DNA from: Spirochaetia bacterium
GTDB lineage: Bacteria > Spirochaetota > Spirochaetia > WTKD01 > G963693115
DNA length: 64,000 nt
Assembly (NCBI GenBank): GCA_965226055.1
Contig: CBDDCA010000005.1
Location: 416,001 to 480,000 of the forward strand
Direction: 5' to 3'
A model generated the notes under the pieces. It saw nothing but the letters and a program-made list of their open reading frames with translations, did not search any database and was not told the DNA's origin. Made by a program: the position numbers and the translations under genes. Shown piece by piece: positions 19,064-30,000 of this stretch. Within the stretch, counting starts at the first letter, position 1. Each line of letters begins with the position of its first letter.

Positions 19064-19112
19064 TATAGAGGGCAAGGAAGCCCTCTATATAAAAATTTTA
19101 CCAAGGAAGGAG
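19064..19112 (+). promoter_or_regulatory. Two putative CsrA-binding sites in the flaB leader
   Basis: Hairpin TATAGAGGGC-AAGGAA-GCCCTCTATA with GGA in the loop, plus CAAGGAAGGAG overlapping the SD. Confidence 0.8.
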
Positions 19113-19118
19113 TATATT

Positions 19119-19994
19119 ATGGTAATCAATCATAACCTTAGTGCAATGTTTGCGCAACGTGCACAAAAATTCAACAAAATCCATGTTGATCAAAATATGG
19201 AAAAATTATCATCTGGTCAAAGAATCAACCGAGCAGGTGATGATGCAGCTAATCTTGCTGTTTCTGAGAAGATGCGAGCTCAAATACGCGGTCTTCAAAG
19301 AGCAGAAAAAAACGCAGCAGATGGTATTTCACTTATTCAGACCGCTGAGGGATACCTTGATGAAACACATCAAGTACTACAGCGTATACGTGAGTTATCA
19401 GTACAAGCAGCAAATGGAACCTATTCTTCTGAAGATAGAGGGTACATCACTGTAGAATTTGATCAGCTTATTGATGAAGTTAATCGTGTTGCAAGAGATG
19501 CTCAGTTCAATGGACTTAACATCCTTACAGGACGATTTGCACAAGAAAATGGCTCTAATACAGTAACCTCTACTATGTTCCTCCATGTTGGAGCTAACAC
19601 AGATCAGAGGTTTCAAGTATTTATTGGGACAATGACTTCACAAGGCTTAGGACTACAAGAAATTGGTCCTACAGCAGATGCTGCACCAAAACTCTCAATA
19701 GGCACACAAGATGAAGCAAACAGGGCTATCTCTAAAATTGATGACGCTATAGAAAAAGTATCTTCTCAGAGAGCTGATCTTGGAGCTTTTCAACAAAGAT
19801 TACAGCTTACTCGTGTAGGCTTGTCCATCGGAGCTGAAAACTTACAGGCTGCAGAATCACGTATACGAGATACAGACATGGCATATGAAGCTGTACAGTT
19901 TACTAAGAATCAAATTCTATTGCAAGCATCGACTTCTATGATAACGCAAGCTAATAGTCAAAGTGCATTAGTGTTACAAGTGTTACAGCAATAG
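19119..19994 (+). CDS. flaB: Flagellar filament core protein FlaB
   Basis: MVINHNLSAMFAQR, LSSGQRINRAGDDA, HVGANTDQR, ENLQAAESRIRDTDMA. Confidence 0.95.
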   Translation: MVINHNLSAMFAQRAQKFNKIHVDQNMEKLSSGQRINRAGDDAANLAVSEKMRAQIRGLQRAEKNAADGISLIQTAEGYLDETHQVLQRIRELSVQAANGTYSSEDRGYITVEFDQLIDEVNRVARDAQFNGLNILTGRFAQENGSNTVTSTMFLHVGANTDQRFQVFIGTMTSQGLGLQEIGPTADAAPKLSIGTQDEANRAISKIDDAIEKVSSQRADLGAFQQRLQLTRVGLSIGAENLQAAESRIRDTDMAYEAVQFTKNQILLQASTSMITQANSQSALVLQVLQQ

Positions 19995-20025
19995 TTAGTT
20001 CCTCTGCACATTTATCATCCCTTAC

Positions 20026-20058
20026 AAAAGCGTTGTATGTTCTACAACGCTTTTTGTT
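20026..20058 (+). terminator. Rho-independent terminator after flaB
   Basis: AAAAGCGTTGTA-tgttc-TACAACGCTTTTTGTT. Confidence 0.85.
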
Positions 20059-20123
20059 TGTTTTATACATATCATTGTAAACATTCATTTCCATTAAAAT
20101 AGTAGTATACAACAATAACTATC

Positions 20124-21452
20124 ATGGAATACACGTATCCTCTTCATACATTTCCGTATCTATCACATATAAAACAGATAGCAAACCTGTTTAAGCAAAA
20201 TGGATTCAAATTCTATGTTGTCGGAGGTGCAGTGAGAGACTTTCTTCTTCAGAGACAAGTAAAAGATATTGATTTTAGTACAGACGCAAGCCCCGACATA
20301 GTTATGAAAATGTTTCCTCGTTCCATTCCTACAGGCATTGCTCATGGTACTGTTACTATTTTATTTCACCACTTACATTTTGAAGTTACCAGTTTTAGAA
20401 TTGATGGAGACTACTCAAACTATCGAACACCAGATTCTATAGCATATACTACTTCTCTTGAAAAAGATCTTGAAAGAAGAGACTTTACCATAAATGCAAT
20501 AGCACTTGATCCTTTACAAGAGCGTATTATAGATATGCATAATGGGATAGAAGATCTACATAATAACATCATTCGTTGCGTAGGAAATGCCTCAAAACGT
20601 TTTCAAGAAGATGCTTTACGTATGTTACGAGCAATACGTTTTAGTTGTAATCTTAATTTTTCTATTGAAAATGAAAGTCAAAATGCTATAAAAACTCATG
20701 CCTCCTTAATTTCTCATATCTCAAAAGAAAGAATTTGGACTGAACTCAGTAATATGTTTAGCTCTCTTAATGTTTATACTGCAGTACAACTCCTTCATGA
20801 GAATAATTTATTCCACATAATTTTTTCCTTTACTTTAAGAAAACAGGAGATGGATTACTGTAAAAAAATATACACATTTAGCAATATGTTCCCCTCTTTT
20901 TACAATAAAAATACCATGCAGACACTTTCTTTACATATTGCTATCTGCTTTATAGCACATGGTATCACAACATATAAGGAGTATACCGCTATTCTGAAAA
21001 CCTTGAAACTCTCAAATGCACAATTACATCTTATACAATGTATTATAAAAAATAGTCGCTATACTGTGATAAAAAAAAGAAATAATAAACAGATGAGAGT
21101 ATGGTCAACATTCAAACAAAACTGTTTTATATATACACTGGGAATAGAACGAGCCCTCCTTGTTTTGTATTATTATTACCTTGATGCACTTGCTCAAAAT
21201 ATGGTACAGGAAGCACAAGGGATACAACAATACATGCAAACAATACAACACACTCAAGACAAGAAACTTACAACATTAGCACAACTAGCAATCAATGGAA
21301 ATGATATTATGAAACTTAATACTACCATTAAAGGAAAAGACATAGGACTGTTATTACATACTGCTTTACGATATGTACTGCAGTATCCTGAAAAAAATAC
21401 AAAAACAATACTATTAGAATATATCAAAAAACGAGTTCCGAAACATAACTAG
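20124..21452 (+). CDS. cca: CCA tRNA nucleotidyltransferase / poly(A) polymerase family protein
   Basis: VVGGAVRD, KDIDF, DLERRDFTINA, RFQEDALRMLRAIRF, LAINGNDI. Confidence 0.88.
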   Translation: MEYTYPLHTFPYLSHIKQIANLFKQNGFKFYVVGGAVRDFLLQRQVKDIDFSTDASPDIVMKMFPRSIPTGIAHGTVTILFHHLHFEVTSFRIDGDYSNYRTPDSIAYTTSLEKDLERRDFTINAIALDPLQERIIDMHNGIEDLHNNIIRCVGNASKRFQEDALRMLRAIRFSCNLNFSIENESQNAIKTHASLISHISKERIWTELSNMFSSLNVYTAVQLLHENNLFHIIFSFTLRKQEMDYCKKIYTFSNMFPSFYNKNTMQTLSLHIAICFIAHGITTYKEYTAILKTLKLSNAQLHLIQCIIKNSRYTVIKKRNNKQMRVWSTFKQNCFIYTLGIERALLVLYYYYLDALAQNMVQEAQGIQQYMQTIQHTQDKKLTTLAQLAINGNDIMKLNTTIKGKDIGLLLHTALRYVLQYPEKNTKTILLEYIKKRVPKHN

Positions 21453-22285
21453 TATAGCTCTTTCTGTGTAAATTCACTTTCAAGATGTATATCTAAATCA
21501 GAACACACTTGTTTCGCCACTTGTTGTTCAGCACGCTTTTTATTTGTATCTATGTATGTACTTGAAATATACTTTCCATTCTCATGATGAAATTGTAAAT
21601 GTACTTTGAAATAAAGCTCCCCTTTTTTCTCCTGTGTAGCCACACATATATACTGAGGGACAGAGTTATATTTTTTTTGTGTATATGTTTGTAAAATAGA
21701 CTTATAATCTTTTAAGTGTTCCCCTTCTACTACTTCTTGTATAAAAGGAATAAACAAAGGTAAAAACACTTTCTTCATACGGGTGTAGCCTCTATCAAGA
21801 TACAACGCTCCAATCAATGCTTCCACTACATTTGCAACGATACGATTGTATTTATGTGATTCTTTTTGCAAATCATATACAGAAAATATATACTGCCTAA
21901 CATGCAGAGTATTCCCTACACGACTGAGATAGGGCTGTGATACAACATAAGAACGTAGCTTTGAAAGAAATGCCTCAGTAGCATTAGGATAATGAGCATA
22001 CACATACTCTGCCACCAGCACACTCAATAGAGCATCACCTAAAAACTCAAGACGCTCATTATTATAACTCTGTAGAGGAACAATACTATTTTCTATTGTA
22101 AAGCCTGATGCGTATACATACGATTTATGCATTAACGCAAAATATACATATAAGAGATTTCGAAAAGGCAATCTTGCATGTTTACAAAAAGCCTTTAATT
22201 TATTTTTAGCTACTATATAATGCTGGGTCTTATGAACCTTTGCATATGTAGATTGGGATATTTTAGTATGAAAAAAAGCAAACAA
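21449..22285 (-). CDS. rnc: Ribonuclease III
   Basis: NNERLEFLGDA, VEALIGALYLD, DYKSILQ, KKRAEQ; start uncertain (TTG). Confidence 0.92.
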   Translation of the reverse strand: MFAFFHTKISQSTYAKVHKTQHYIVAKNKLKAFCKHARLPFRNLLYVYFALMHKSYVYASGFTIENSIVPLQSYNNERLEFLGDALLSVLVAEYVYAHYPNATEAFLSKLRSYVVSQPYLSRVGNTLHVRQYIFSVYDLQKESHKYNRIVANVVEALIGALYLDRGYTRMKKVFLPLFIPFIQEVVEGEHLKDYKSILQTYTQKKYNSVPQYICVATQEKKGELYFKVHLQFHHENGKYISSTYIDTNKKRAEQQVAKQVCSDLDIHLESEFTQKELY

Positions 22286-22342
22286 AAGCTACATTCAATT
22301 TATTAACTTTTTATTGACTTCTATTGTGTAGACTTCTACAGT

Positions 22343-22576
22343 TTAGCTTTTCAACGAATCAACATATGCAATAACTTTTCCTACAGTCTTCAAATCATTT
22401 GCTTTATCTTCGGAAATGGTTATATTAAAAGATTCTTCAAGTCCTTGAAGCAACTCATATGTATCAAGGCTATCACATCCTAAATCTTCAATAAAATTTG
22501 TTTCTTCAGTGATTTTACTTCCATCAACATCAAGTCGATCTACCATTATTGCTTTTACTTGTTCAAAAGTATTCAT
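22343..22576 (-). CDS. acpP: Acyl carrier protein
   Basis: DLGCDSLD motif; rpmF-acpP-rnc synteny. Confidence 0.95.
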   Translation of the reverse strand: MNTFEQVKAIMVDRLDVDGSKITEETNFIEDLGCDSLDTYELLQGLEESFNITISEDKANDLKTVGKVIAYVDSLKS

Positions 22577-22584
22577 AGTTACTC

Positions 22585-22770
22585 CTATTCTTCTTCTTTA
22601 ATAATTACTTGTTTTTCTCTATACATCCCTGATGTAGGATCCATTCTATGTCTTTGAATAAAATCTCCAGATTCACTTTTTCCATGCAATGTTGGGAGCT
22701 TAAGCTTTCCATTGATAGAATGCTTACGAGAAGTACGTGATTTTGAAGCTTTTTTCTTTGGTACTGCCAT
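22585..22770 (-). CDS. rpmF: 50S ribosomal protein L32 (Cys-free form)
   Basis: MAVPKKKASKSR..RHR..GMYR; start placed at ATG 22770. Confidence 0.9.
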   Translation of the reverse strand: MAVPKKKASKSRTSRKHSINGKLKLPTLHGKSESGDFIQRHRMDPTSGMYREKQVIIKEEE

Positions 22771-22800
22771 ATTATCCTCTATATAATTAGTATATGTATT

Positions 22801-22873
22801 ATGATACCACATATATATAAAAATATCAAGTAGGGTATGTGACTTGACAAAGCTCTCTACTTACAGTTAGAAT
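22801..22873. promoter_or_regulatory. Back-to-back sigma70 promoters for rpmF (-) and rpmG (+)
   Basis: Minus strand: TTGATA-N17-TATCAT with extended TG (22829-22801). Plus strand: TTGACA-N18-TAGAAT (22844-22873). Confidence 0.6.
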
Positions 22874-22891
22874 ATATATAAGGAAGTTTTT

Positions 22892-23065
22892 ATGGCAAAA
22901 AAGAGTAAAAATAATTTTATACGTATTCGTCTTAAAAGCAGTGAAAGTGGTCATTGTTACTATACAAAAAAGAACAAAAAGAATACCCCTGATAAGTTTG
23001 AATTTATGAAATACGATCCTTTTATACGAAAACATGCACTCTATAAAGAAGTTGGAAAAGCATAA
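22892..23065 (+). CDS. rpmG: 50S ribosomal protein L33 (no Zn-ribbon CxxC)
   Basis: Not in the ORF track (57 aa); [57 protein letters not shown]. Confidence 0.92.
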   Translation: MAKKSKNNFIRIRLKSSESGHCYYTKKNKKNTPDKFEFMKYDPFIRKHALYKEVGKA

Positions 23066-23171
23066 ATAACAATTATCAGTACAACTACCAATAAACTATT
23101 GGTAAAAACAAATAGTAAAAAATATTCAAATTATAGTAAAAAAATTATAGTAAAATAAGGCAGGAAAGCAT

Positions 23172-23399
23172 ATGGCAAGAAGATGTATGATTAGTGGAAA
23201 GAGTCCACTTACAGGCAATAATGTATCTCATTCACACAACAAAAGTAAACGAAGACAATATCCAAATTTACAAAATAAAAAGATTTATATCCCAGAACTA
23301 AAAAAAAGTGTTCGTCTTAGAGTGTCTACATCTACTTTACGGAGTATAGATAAAATAGGATTTCTCAATTTTGTGAAAAAATACGGCTTACATATTTAG
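23172..23399 (+). CDS. rpmB: 50S ribosomal protein L28
   Basis: MARRCMISGK..GNNVSHSHNKSKRRQYPNLQ. Confidence 0.95.
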   Translation: MARRCMISGKSPLTGNNVSHSHNKSKRRQYPNLQNKKIYIPELKKSVRLRVSTSTLRSIDKIGFLNFVKKYGLHI

Positions 23400-23442
23400 T
23401 TTCATTGAGAAATAACAGCTCACAGTACTCTCAAAAGTACTC

Positions 23443-24300
23443 CTATGGAGTAAGTAATATATCTTTCAATAATCTTGCCACCCCATCCTCATTATTACTG
23501 TAAGGCGTTCTTTTTAAGTGGGGAAGTAAATCGTCATTGGCATTTTTCATAATATAGCCATAGTCACACACATCAAACATAGATATATCATTATAAGAAT
23601 CGCCTAACGCAAGTACATTTTTTGAAGTCAAATCATATTTCTCTAGTAAATACTGGATAGCCAGTCCTTTTGATGCCTCATTACTAAATACCTCAAGATA
23701 TTCCTTAGAACTAAATACCGCATGTACACCTTCTATATTATCAAGATGCCTCTTTATATCTTGTAATATACTATTATCCCAGCTTACAAACATTATCTTT
23801 GATACAGGGGTATTTTCTATCGATTTCCAACTAGAGATTGTAGTAAATGTAACACTTGTTCTACTAGCATACACCTTAGAGTATTCATTCTCTTTTAGAG
23901 TATAAAGCATCTCTCCTTGATAGAGATGTATATGCACATTTGGAAACTGATTATCTCGTATATCAATAATCTTTTGAGCAACTGGCCATGCAAGATCGGT
24001 GGATACAATAAGCTCAATTTCCTTATCCATACTCTTCTTGCTATATATATGCACACCGTTCGTACATATAATATCTTTACATAACTCTAATGGCACATGA
24101 TTTTTCATAGCAGAAAAAGGACGGCCAGTAACTGGCACAAAATAAATTTCTTTCTCAAGAAGAGCTTTCCATACCTCTTTGGTATAGTCGCTACACATAT
24201 GATCATCTCTCAAAAGAGTACCATCAAGATCACATGCTATAAAACGTATAGTATTGCTTGGTATTGCTACTGTATCTTGTACTGATGTTGTATTGTTCAT
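23443..24300 (-). CDS. Cof-type HAD-IIB hydrolase
   Basis: DLDGTLL, VTGR, SKG, LGDSYNDISM, MKNA, NNEDGVA. Confidence 0.9.
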   Translation of the reverse strand: MNNTTSVQDTVAIPSNTIRFIACDLDGTLLRDDHMCSDYTKEVWKALLEKEIYFVPVTGRPFSAMKNHVPLELCKDIICTNGVHIYSKKSMDKEIELIVSTDLAWPVAQKIIDIRDNQFPNVHIHLYQGEMLYTLKENEYSKVYASRTSVTFTTISSWKSIENTPVSKIMFVSWDNSILQDIKRHLDNIEGVHAVFSSKEYLEVFSNEASKGLAIQYLLEKYDLTSKNVLALGDSYNDISMFDVCDYGYIMKNANDDLLPHLKRTPYSNNEDGVARLLKDILLTP

Positions 24301-24354
24301 TTTTATCCTGTGAGTTATACTATAAACTCTCTATGTTTAGTATATAATACAATT

Positions 24355-25203
24355 ATGAATAATGTAAACAAACAAATAGATACATGCACAAACTCTCTCT
24401 CTTTCCCTATTATAGACAGCCATTGTCATCTTACACTTACAGAAAAGTATCACCCTACACTCCATAGAGACTTAGAATACCTTAGTTCAAAAGAAATGTA
24501 CTTACTTGATATTGGTATTGAACCAAAAGATTTAGAGCAACGAAAACAGAAGTTTTCTAAATATCAACACATATACTTTAGCATAGGGCTACATCCAAAC
24601 TATTGCGAAAATTATACAGCACAAGAAATTGAACCTTTATTACATAAAGCCATCCCTACAGCAGATGCTATTGGAGAATGTGGACTCGATTGGTTTGCTC
24701 AAAGAGCAAGCAAAGAAAAGCAAAAAGATATATTTCGCTTACATCTCAGTATGGCATTTGAATACAACAAGCCACTTATCATACACTCACGAGATTCATT
24801 AGAAGATATACTATATGAGATTGATACTTTTTATAAAACACATGCTATTGATATACAAGATCCACAGTACTCCCAATATCCTATAGGAGTTATTCATTGT
24901 TTTAGCGGAACAAAAGAACAAGCACAACACTGTTTAGATCTTGGGTTTTATATATCTTTTACTGCTAATATAAGCTACAAAAAAAATATACTCTTACAAG
25001 AAGTAATCAAAATAATCCCTACTGATACATTACTCTTAGAAACGGATGCTCCTTATTTAAGCCATCAAAAAATACGTTCAGAAAAGAATCATCCAAAAAA
25101 TATGCCGCTTCTGTACGAAACAGTAGCGGCATTGCAATTAACAGATATACATAGCTTAGTACAATGTACTAAACAAAATCTTCTTCATTTTTTACGATGC
25201 TAA
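24355..25203 (+). CDS. tatD: TatD family hydrolase
   Basis: IDSHCHL, GLHP, IGECGLD, IIHSRD, IHCFSG, LLETDAPY; start placed at ATG 24355. Confidence 0.88.
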   Translation: MNNVNKQIDTCTNSLSFPIIDSHCHLTLTEKYHPTLHRDLEYLSSKEMYLLDIGIEPKDLEQRKQKFSKYQHIYFSIGLHPNYCENYTAQEIEPLLHKAIPTADAIGECGLDWFAQRASKEKQKDIFRLHLSMAFEYNKPLIIHSRDSLEDILYEIDTFYKTHAIDIQDPQYSQYPIGVIHCFSGTKEQAQHCLDLGFYISFTANISYKKNILLQEVIKIIPTDTLLLETDAPYLSHQKIRSEKNHPKNMPLLYETVAALQLTDIHSLVQCTKQNLLHFLRC

Positions 25204-25204
25204 A

Positions 25205-25921
25205 TCACCATCCATCCGATATGTCATCCTCACTCTTATTAGCATCAATCATGGCATCACGGATAACCCGTAAATCATCAAAATAAACATAATAAGAACC
25301 TACAGTATCTTGAAAGTATGTATCTATTCTTAATCCTAAAAGATACATTCCATAAAAATTACCTCTTCGTAAATCTTCTTGTGCAAACGATTCAGGAATA
25401 ATTACTTCCAGCTTTTTCCATCCACTAAAATTTAATTGCCCTATAGGTAATGTTAGTATATTTCCATTCATATCAAGTACCCGTGCAGATAATGTATGTC
25501 GTTTATCTCTCCCAAGTACCCATAAAGATAATTTTTTAGCAATACCAGGAATAAACATAGCTTTCTGTAGCTCCATATCAATAACGGTCTCGCTTCTTCT
25601 ATAAAATTCTGCCTTTACACCAAGCACATATTCATCAGTAGGAAAAATATTTTTTTCTTCTTGTTCTAAAATTTGCTTTTCTTTTGGTCCACCAAAAATT
25701 CTACGAACTTTCGTTGTTCCTTCATCCTCAGAAATACTTATTCTCCATAGTGTAGGGTCCTCAAACGATGTTACAAGCATCTCTCTTAAAAGCTGACGCC
25801 CTGTATCTGTGGGTACTCTTGTTGTTGTTGTCTGATTATCATTTTCAGTACTCTGAGAATACACACTTCCTATGAGCATAAAAATAAGCATGACTATTAG
25901 TATATTTTTCTTATGAAACAT
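25205..25921 (-). CDS. flaA: Flagellar filament outer-layer (sheath) protein FlaA
   Basis: Signal peptide; VLGVKAEFYR, LSLWVLGR, GQLNFSGWKKL, YVYFDDL. Confidence 0.85.
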   Translation of the reverse strand: MFHKKNILIVMLIFMLIGSVYSQSTENDNQTTTTRVPTDTGRQLLREMLVTSFEDPTLWRISISEDEGTTKVRRIFGGPKEKQILEQEEKNIFPTDEYVLGVKAEFYRRSETVIDMELQKAMFIPGIAKKLSLWVLGRDKRHTLSARVLDMNGNILTLPIGQLNFSGWKKLEVIIPESFAQEDLRRGNFYGMYLLGLRIDTYFQDTVGSYYVYFDDLRVIRDAMIDANKSEDDISDGW

Positions 25922-25941
25922 TGTATTTCCTCCCTATCTGC

Positions 25942-26814
25942 CTATTGTTCATTACTATCTTCTTCATCATTACTGAAGAAACTATCTCTAATATCTGGTT
26001 TTGTAAGCTGATATCCATCATAGTAATCAGAAGAATCTTCCTGAATAGGAACAGTAACAAAAAGGGAATCAAAGAATAAATCAAAATCGTTTACTGCTTC
26101 CCCTGCTCCAGTTCTTATGATTATTTTGTTCAATCGTAAATAATAATCATTTTCCACCAAATCTCTTGTACTCACATACTTATAAAAAGGTATATCTCCT
26201 TCAAGTACTTTCCATCCTTTATAATTCAAATTTCCTACATTTACCAGAAAAACTTCACCATAGAAATTTTGAAATTCAATAGATACATAGTAATCTCTAA
26301 GAACACCAAGGGCATATATACCAACACCTCCTACTGCTTCGCGTAAGTAGATACCTGGTATTGGATCACCTTGCTTAAATGATTCTCCATCCCTTGCATC
26401 CTGTTCATAGGTGAAAATTCCTGGCTTAATTCCTTTTTTTTCTAGATCAGTATCAGTCGGAATTAAGTAAAGATAATTCGTACCTTTTAAATTAAACGCA
26501 GCTCTTACAACAAGCAATCTTTGTTCTTCGTCTTCATTACTACCACGCATAATATGGGGCAAGAATAAAGGATTATATCCTGCAATATATTTCCATTGTG
26601 GATATGGTTTATCCTCAGTTTGCGTTATAAATCTACTTGCTCTTACTTCCCACTTGTATCCGCTTATAAGAGAATCTTCTTGTCCATCAAAACTTTCTAG
26701 CAAGCGTGAACTGGCAACATGAGAAAGAGAAGACTGAGCTCCGAGATACCCAATGAATACAGCGAAAAAGAGCAATGACATTACTAATAATGTTATTGTT
26801 TTTTTATGAAACAC
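25942..26814 (-). CDS. flaA: FlaA-family flagellar sheath protein (second, divergent paralog)
   Basis: GTG start after AAGGAG; signal peptide; GNLNYKGWKVL, FDLFFD; tandem with the other flaA. Confidence 0.7.
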   Translation of the reverse strand: MFHKKTITLLVMSLLFFAVFIGYLGAQSSLSHVASSRLLESFDGQEDSLISGYKWEVRASRFITQTEDKPYPQWKYIAGYNPLFLPHIMRGSNEDEEQRLLVVRAAFNLKGTNYLYLIPTDTDLEKKGIKPGIFTYEQDARDGESFKQGDPIPGIYLREAVGGVGIYALGVLRDYYVSIEFQNFYGEVFLVNVGNLNYKGWKVLEGDIPFYKYVSTRDLVENDYYLRLNKIIIRTGAGEAVNDFDLFFDSLFVTVPIQEDSSDYYDGYQLTKPDIRDSFFSNDEEDSNEQ

Positions 26815-27008
26815 TACAATTACACTCCTTTTTATATTTAATTTATCAGAAAAATTAAAATAATAATTATACACTTTTATATTATCATAAAATATGTCTT
26901 TTGTCAATTTTTCTCTATTACTTATATCGTCTTAAAAGAATAGAAGTGTATGTTTTTTTCTAAAAATATCTTTCATCCATTCTATTTACTTACTATATAT
27001 GCATGAAG

Positions 27009-27044
27009 AAAAAGGAATACAAGATATTCTTGTATTCCTTTTTT
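27009..27044. terminator. Rho-independent terminator after the giant lipoprotein gene
   Basis: AAAAAGGAATACAAGA-tat-TCTTGTATTCCTTTTT, a perfect stem with A/T tails on both sides. Confidence 0.85.
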
Positions 27045-27068
27045 GTACAATGATGCTCCTAGATGAGA

Positions 27069-30000
27069 TTAGAAACAAACATCTTTATTACTACTACTAT
27101 CCAATTTCGTTGGATATTGTGCTGTTTTTCCTGCCATAGCTGATCCTGTAAACATAGCATCAAAAGTATCAGAAGCCTTATAGGTACATATCTTCCATTT
27201 CGATAAATTTTGATCAAATGCTGTGGCTTCCTTAAACATATCCTTATATGATATATTAGCTTGTATCGTCCAATCCGATATATCTTGATTAAATGCTTTT
27301 GTTAAACGAAACATTCTGTCCATGTTTGAAACATTATGCACTTTCCATTTTGATATATCTTGATTAAATTTGTCAGCAGCAAGAAACATACTACTCATAT
27401 CTTGAACATTACTTACATCCCAGTCCGATATATCTTGATTAAAATCTGCATTCGCATAAAACATTTGACTCATACTTCTCACATTACTTACATTCCAACC
27501 CGATATATCTTGATCGAACTTTACATTTGCTTTAAATAGACCGTCCATATCAGTTACATTACTCGTATCCCACTGTGATACATCTCTATTAAATACCCAT
27601 GCATCAACCAACATATTGCTCATAGTAGTTACATTACTTGTATTCCAATTTGATATATTTCCATTAAATTTCGTTGGCTTAAGATATTGATAAGTATAAC
27701 TACCTTGATTATACAATAAATACTCCATATCAGTAATAGCACTGGTATCTATCATGTTAAGATTAGGAGCATTTCCCTGTGCCTTTACCTCCGCGTCTAT
27801 AATATCTCTCAACGCATTCTTTGTCGTTGGTCTATAATAATTAGCTGCTTTTCCTTGTACTGCTTGTAGCCCTGTTTGTATTGTAATGCTACGTCTTTGC
27901 TGTCCTGCATGAGATCCTGTTCCTGTACATACTAAAGTGTATTTATACTCTCTAATAAAAGGATCATGCTCATTTGATTTGTTAGGCTTGCCAGTGATAC
28001 CATCTCTTACAGAAAATTGCAAGCCTGTCTCTTTCGCTAGTGCATCAATAGTACAGCTAAACGTTGCATTGCCTGGATCTTTTGTTATCGTTATTGGCGT
28101 AATAGCAGTACCTACTGTATATGTACTATTACTATTTTGCAACTCTATAGTAAAGGTTGCGGTGGTAACACTTTCTGCAGAAGTAGGGATAGATCTATTG
28201 TTTACAATGCTATTTACTGCCTCTACGGTAATAAAGTACTTCTGTCCTTTGTTGAGATTGCCTAGTACATATATTGCTTTCGATGTTACATCAGTTTTTA
28301 CTCCTCCTACTTTTGCATCTTGATTGCTTCCTTTTGCTTGCTCTGCCTGTGCTTGTGTTTTTACCTGTGCTGCTGTCAAGGTACTTGTCGATGCATAGTA
28401 ATATAATGTATAGCTTAGCTCATCCTCTGTCAATCCTGTACCATCTGTCTTTGTTCCCTTAAAGCTCGGTGCAGTAACATCCACCTCTATTGTATTCCCA
28501 TTTGCTTCTAGTGCTACAGTAGGGGTATTAGGCGCTGCTCCTTGTGCTGTCTTAAACTCTGCTCTCTTACCATCTGACATTTTTGTGGTATCGGTACTGT
28601 TTACTGCTTGTACTACTACTTCGTAATTTACTCCTGCTTTAAGGCTTGTCAATCCTGCTGTCTTTACATTTGCTCCTATTGTCATAGGACTACTATCTGC
28701 TGCTTTAATCTGTGCTACTGTTCTTGCTGTTGCTCCTTTTTCCGCATGATACACTTTATATGACACTTGACTGGCTTGCAATGCTGTCCCTGCCTTGTTC
28801 TTATAATTATTCCCTAATGTAGGCGCATCCCATTGCACCGTTGCCGTACCATTTGCTCCCCCTGAAATTGAAGTAAAAGTAATAGCATTTACCTCAGTAG
28901 GAACAAGGGTATCTACAAGAATACTTTCCACATCTGACACTACCTTTGCATCAAGATCTGTTTTTACTGCTATTTGAAATACAAAATGATACCGCTTTCC
29001 TTTAATAGAAGCACCGCCCACTGTTGAAAGTGCATTCAGTGTATATTTTCCTCCTTTCACTGTAGATCCACTTAGTGCAGGGAGTACTATTTCTGATCCC
29101 TTATCTATCACTTCTTGGGCAGTAGGCACTGTATCCTGTTGAAGCCCAAATACTATATATACTAATTCTTTATTATCGTTTATATTATCCCCACCCCTTG
29201 TTTGTGTGTACACTCTGTCCAAACCTGAACCATGTGCAAATTCAGACAACTGCGTCAACACTAGCTTTATTGCTCCTATTGGGCTTGATTGTGACACTGC
29301 TAATTTATTATCAAGCAACACTTTAGGAGGAGCTATTGCTTCTGATGATATTTTTGTTGAGGTAATAGCTTTTACACTACTATATACTGTTTTTGCTGTA
29401 TCTGATTTTATTACTACCTCTACCACAAAATGATACTTTGTTTCTGATTGTACAGTAAAAGTAAAAGTATTAGCAAATAAAGATACTCCTTGAACTAATT
29501 TAGACAAAGATATCTCAGTTCCTCCCGTATGTACTTCTGCTGCTGTTGGTATACTGCCTGTATCTTTTAGCAGATATGCGTTATACTCAAGATCTGCATT
29601 TGCAGTAACATTTGATCCATCAAATTTCTTTGCTCCTGTAAATGTTGTAAGCAAAGTAACATTAACGACAATACCCCCCCTATTTACACTAGGATCCGAT
29701 CTTACTGTTAGAATATCTGTCACTAACGATTGTTGAGGAGCTACTGCTTGAGACACTGTTATCCTTTGTACCGTACTGTATACTCTTTTTTCTGGCACTC
29801 TTGCTATTGCTACCTCTGCCACAAAATGATACTTCTTGCCTCCATCTAGGTCTATTTGTGCTGCTGAATCGCTTGTTAGCCCTAACTTATCCAACGCTTC
29901 TACTGTGTACTTGCCTCCACTTACTGTGCCTATGGCTACTTTTCTTCCATTGCTTACTATCTCTTGCACATTTGCTGGGTTCGTATCTTTCTGTAAGCCA

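Noticed and set aside
22826-23035. 69-aa minus-strand ORF
   Set aside because: Antisense to rpmG, which the ORF track missed because of its length
23108-23156. ATAGTAAAA direct repeats between rpmG and rpmB
   Set aside because: Short, low-complexity and AT-rich; compatible with chance or local slippage
27069-27850. Diversity-generating retroelement target in the BspA tip
   Set aside because: No reverse transcriptase and no template repeat differing only at adenines is visible in the window
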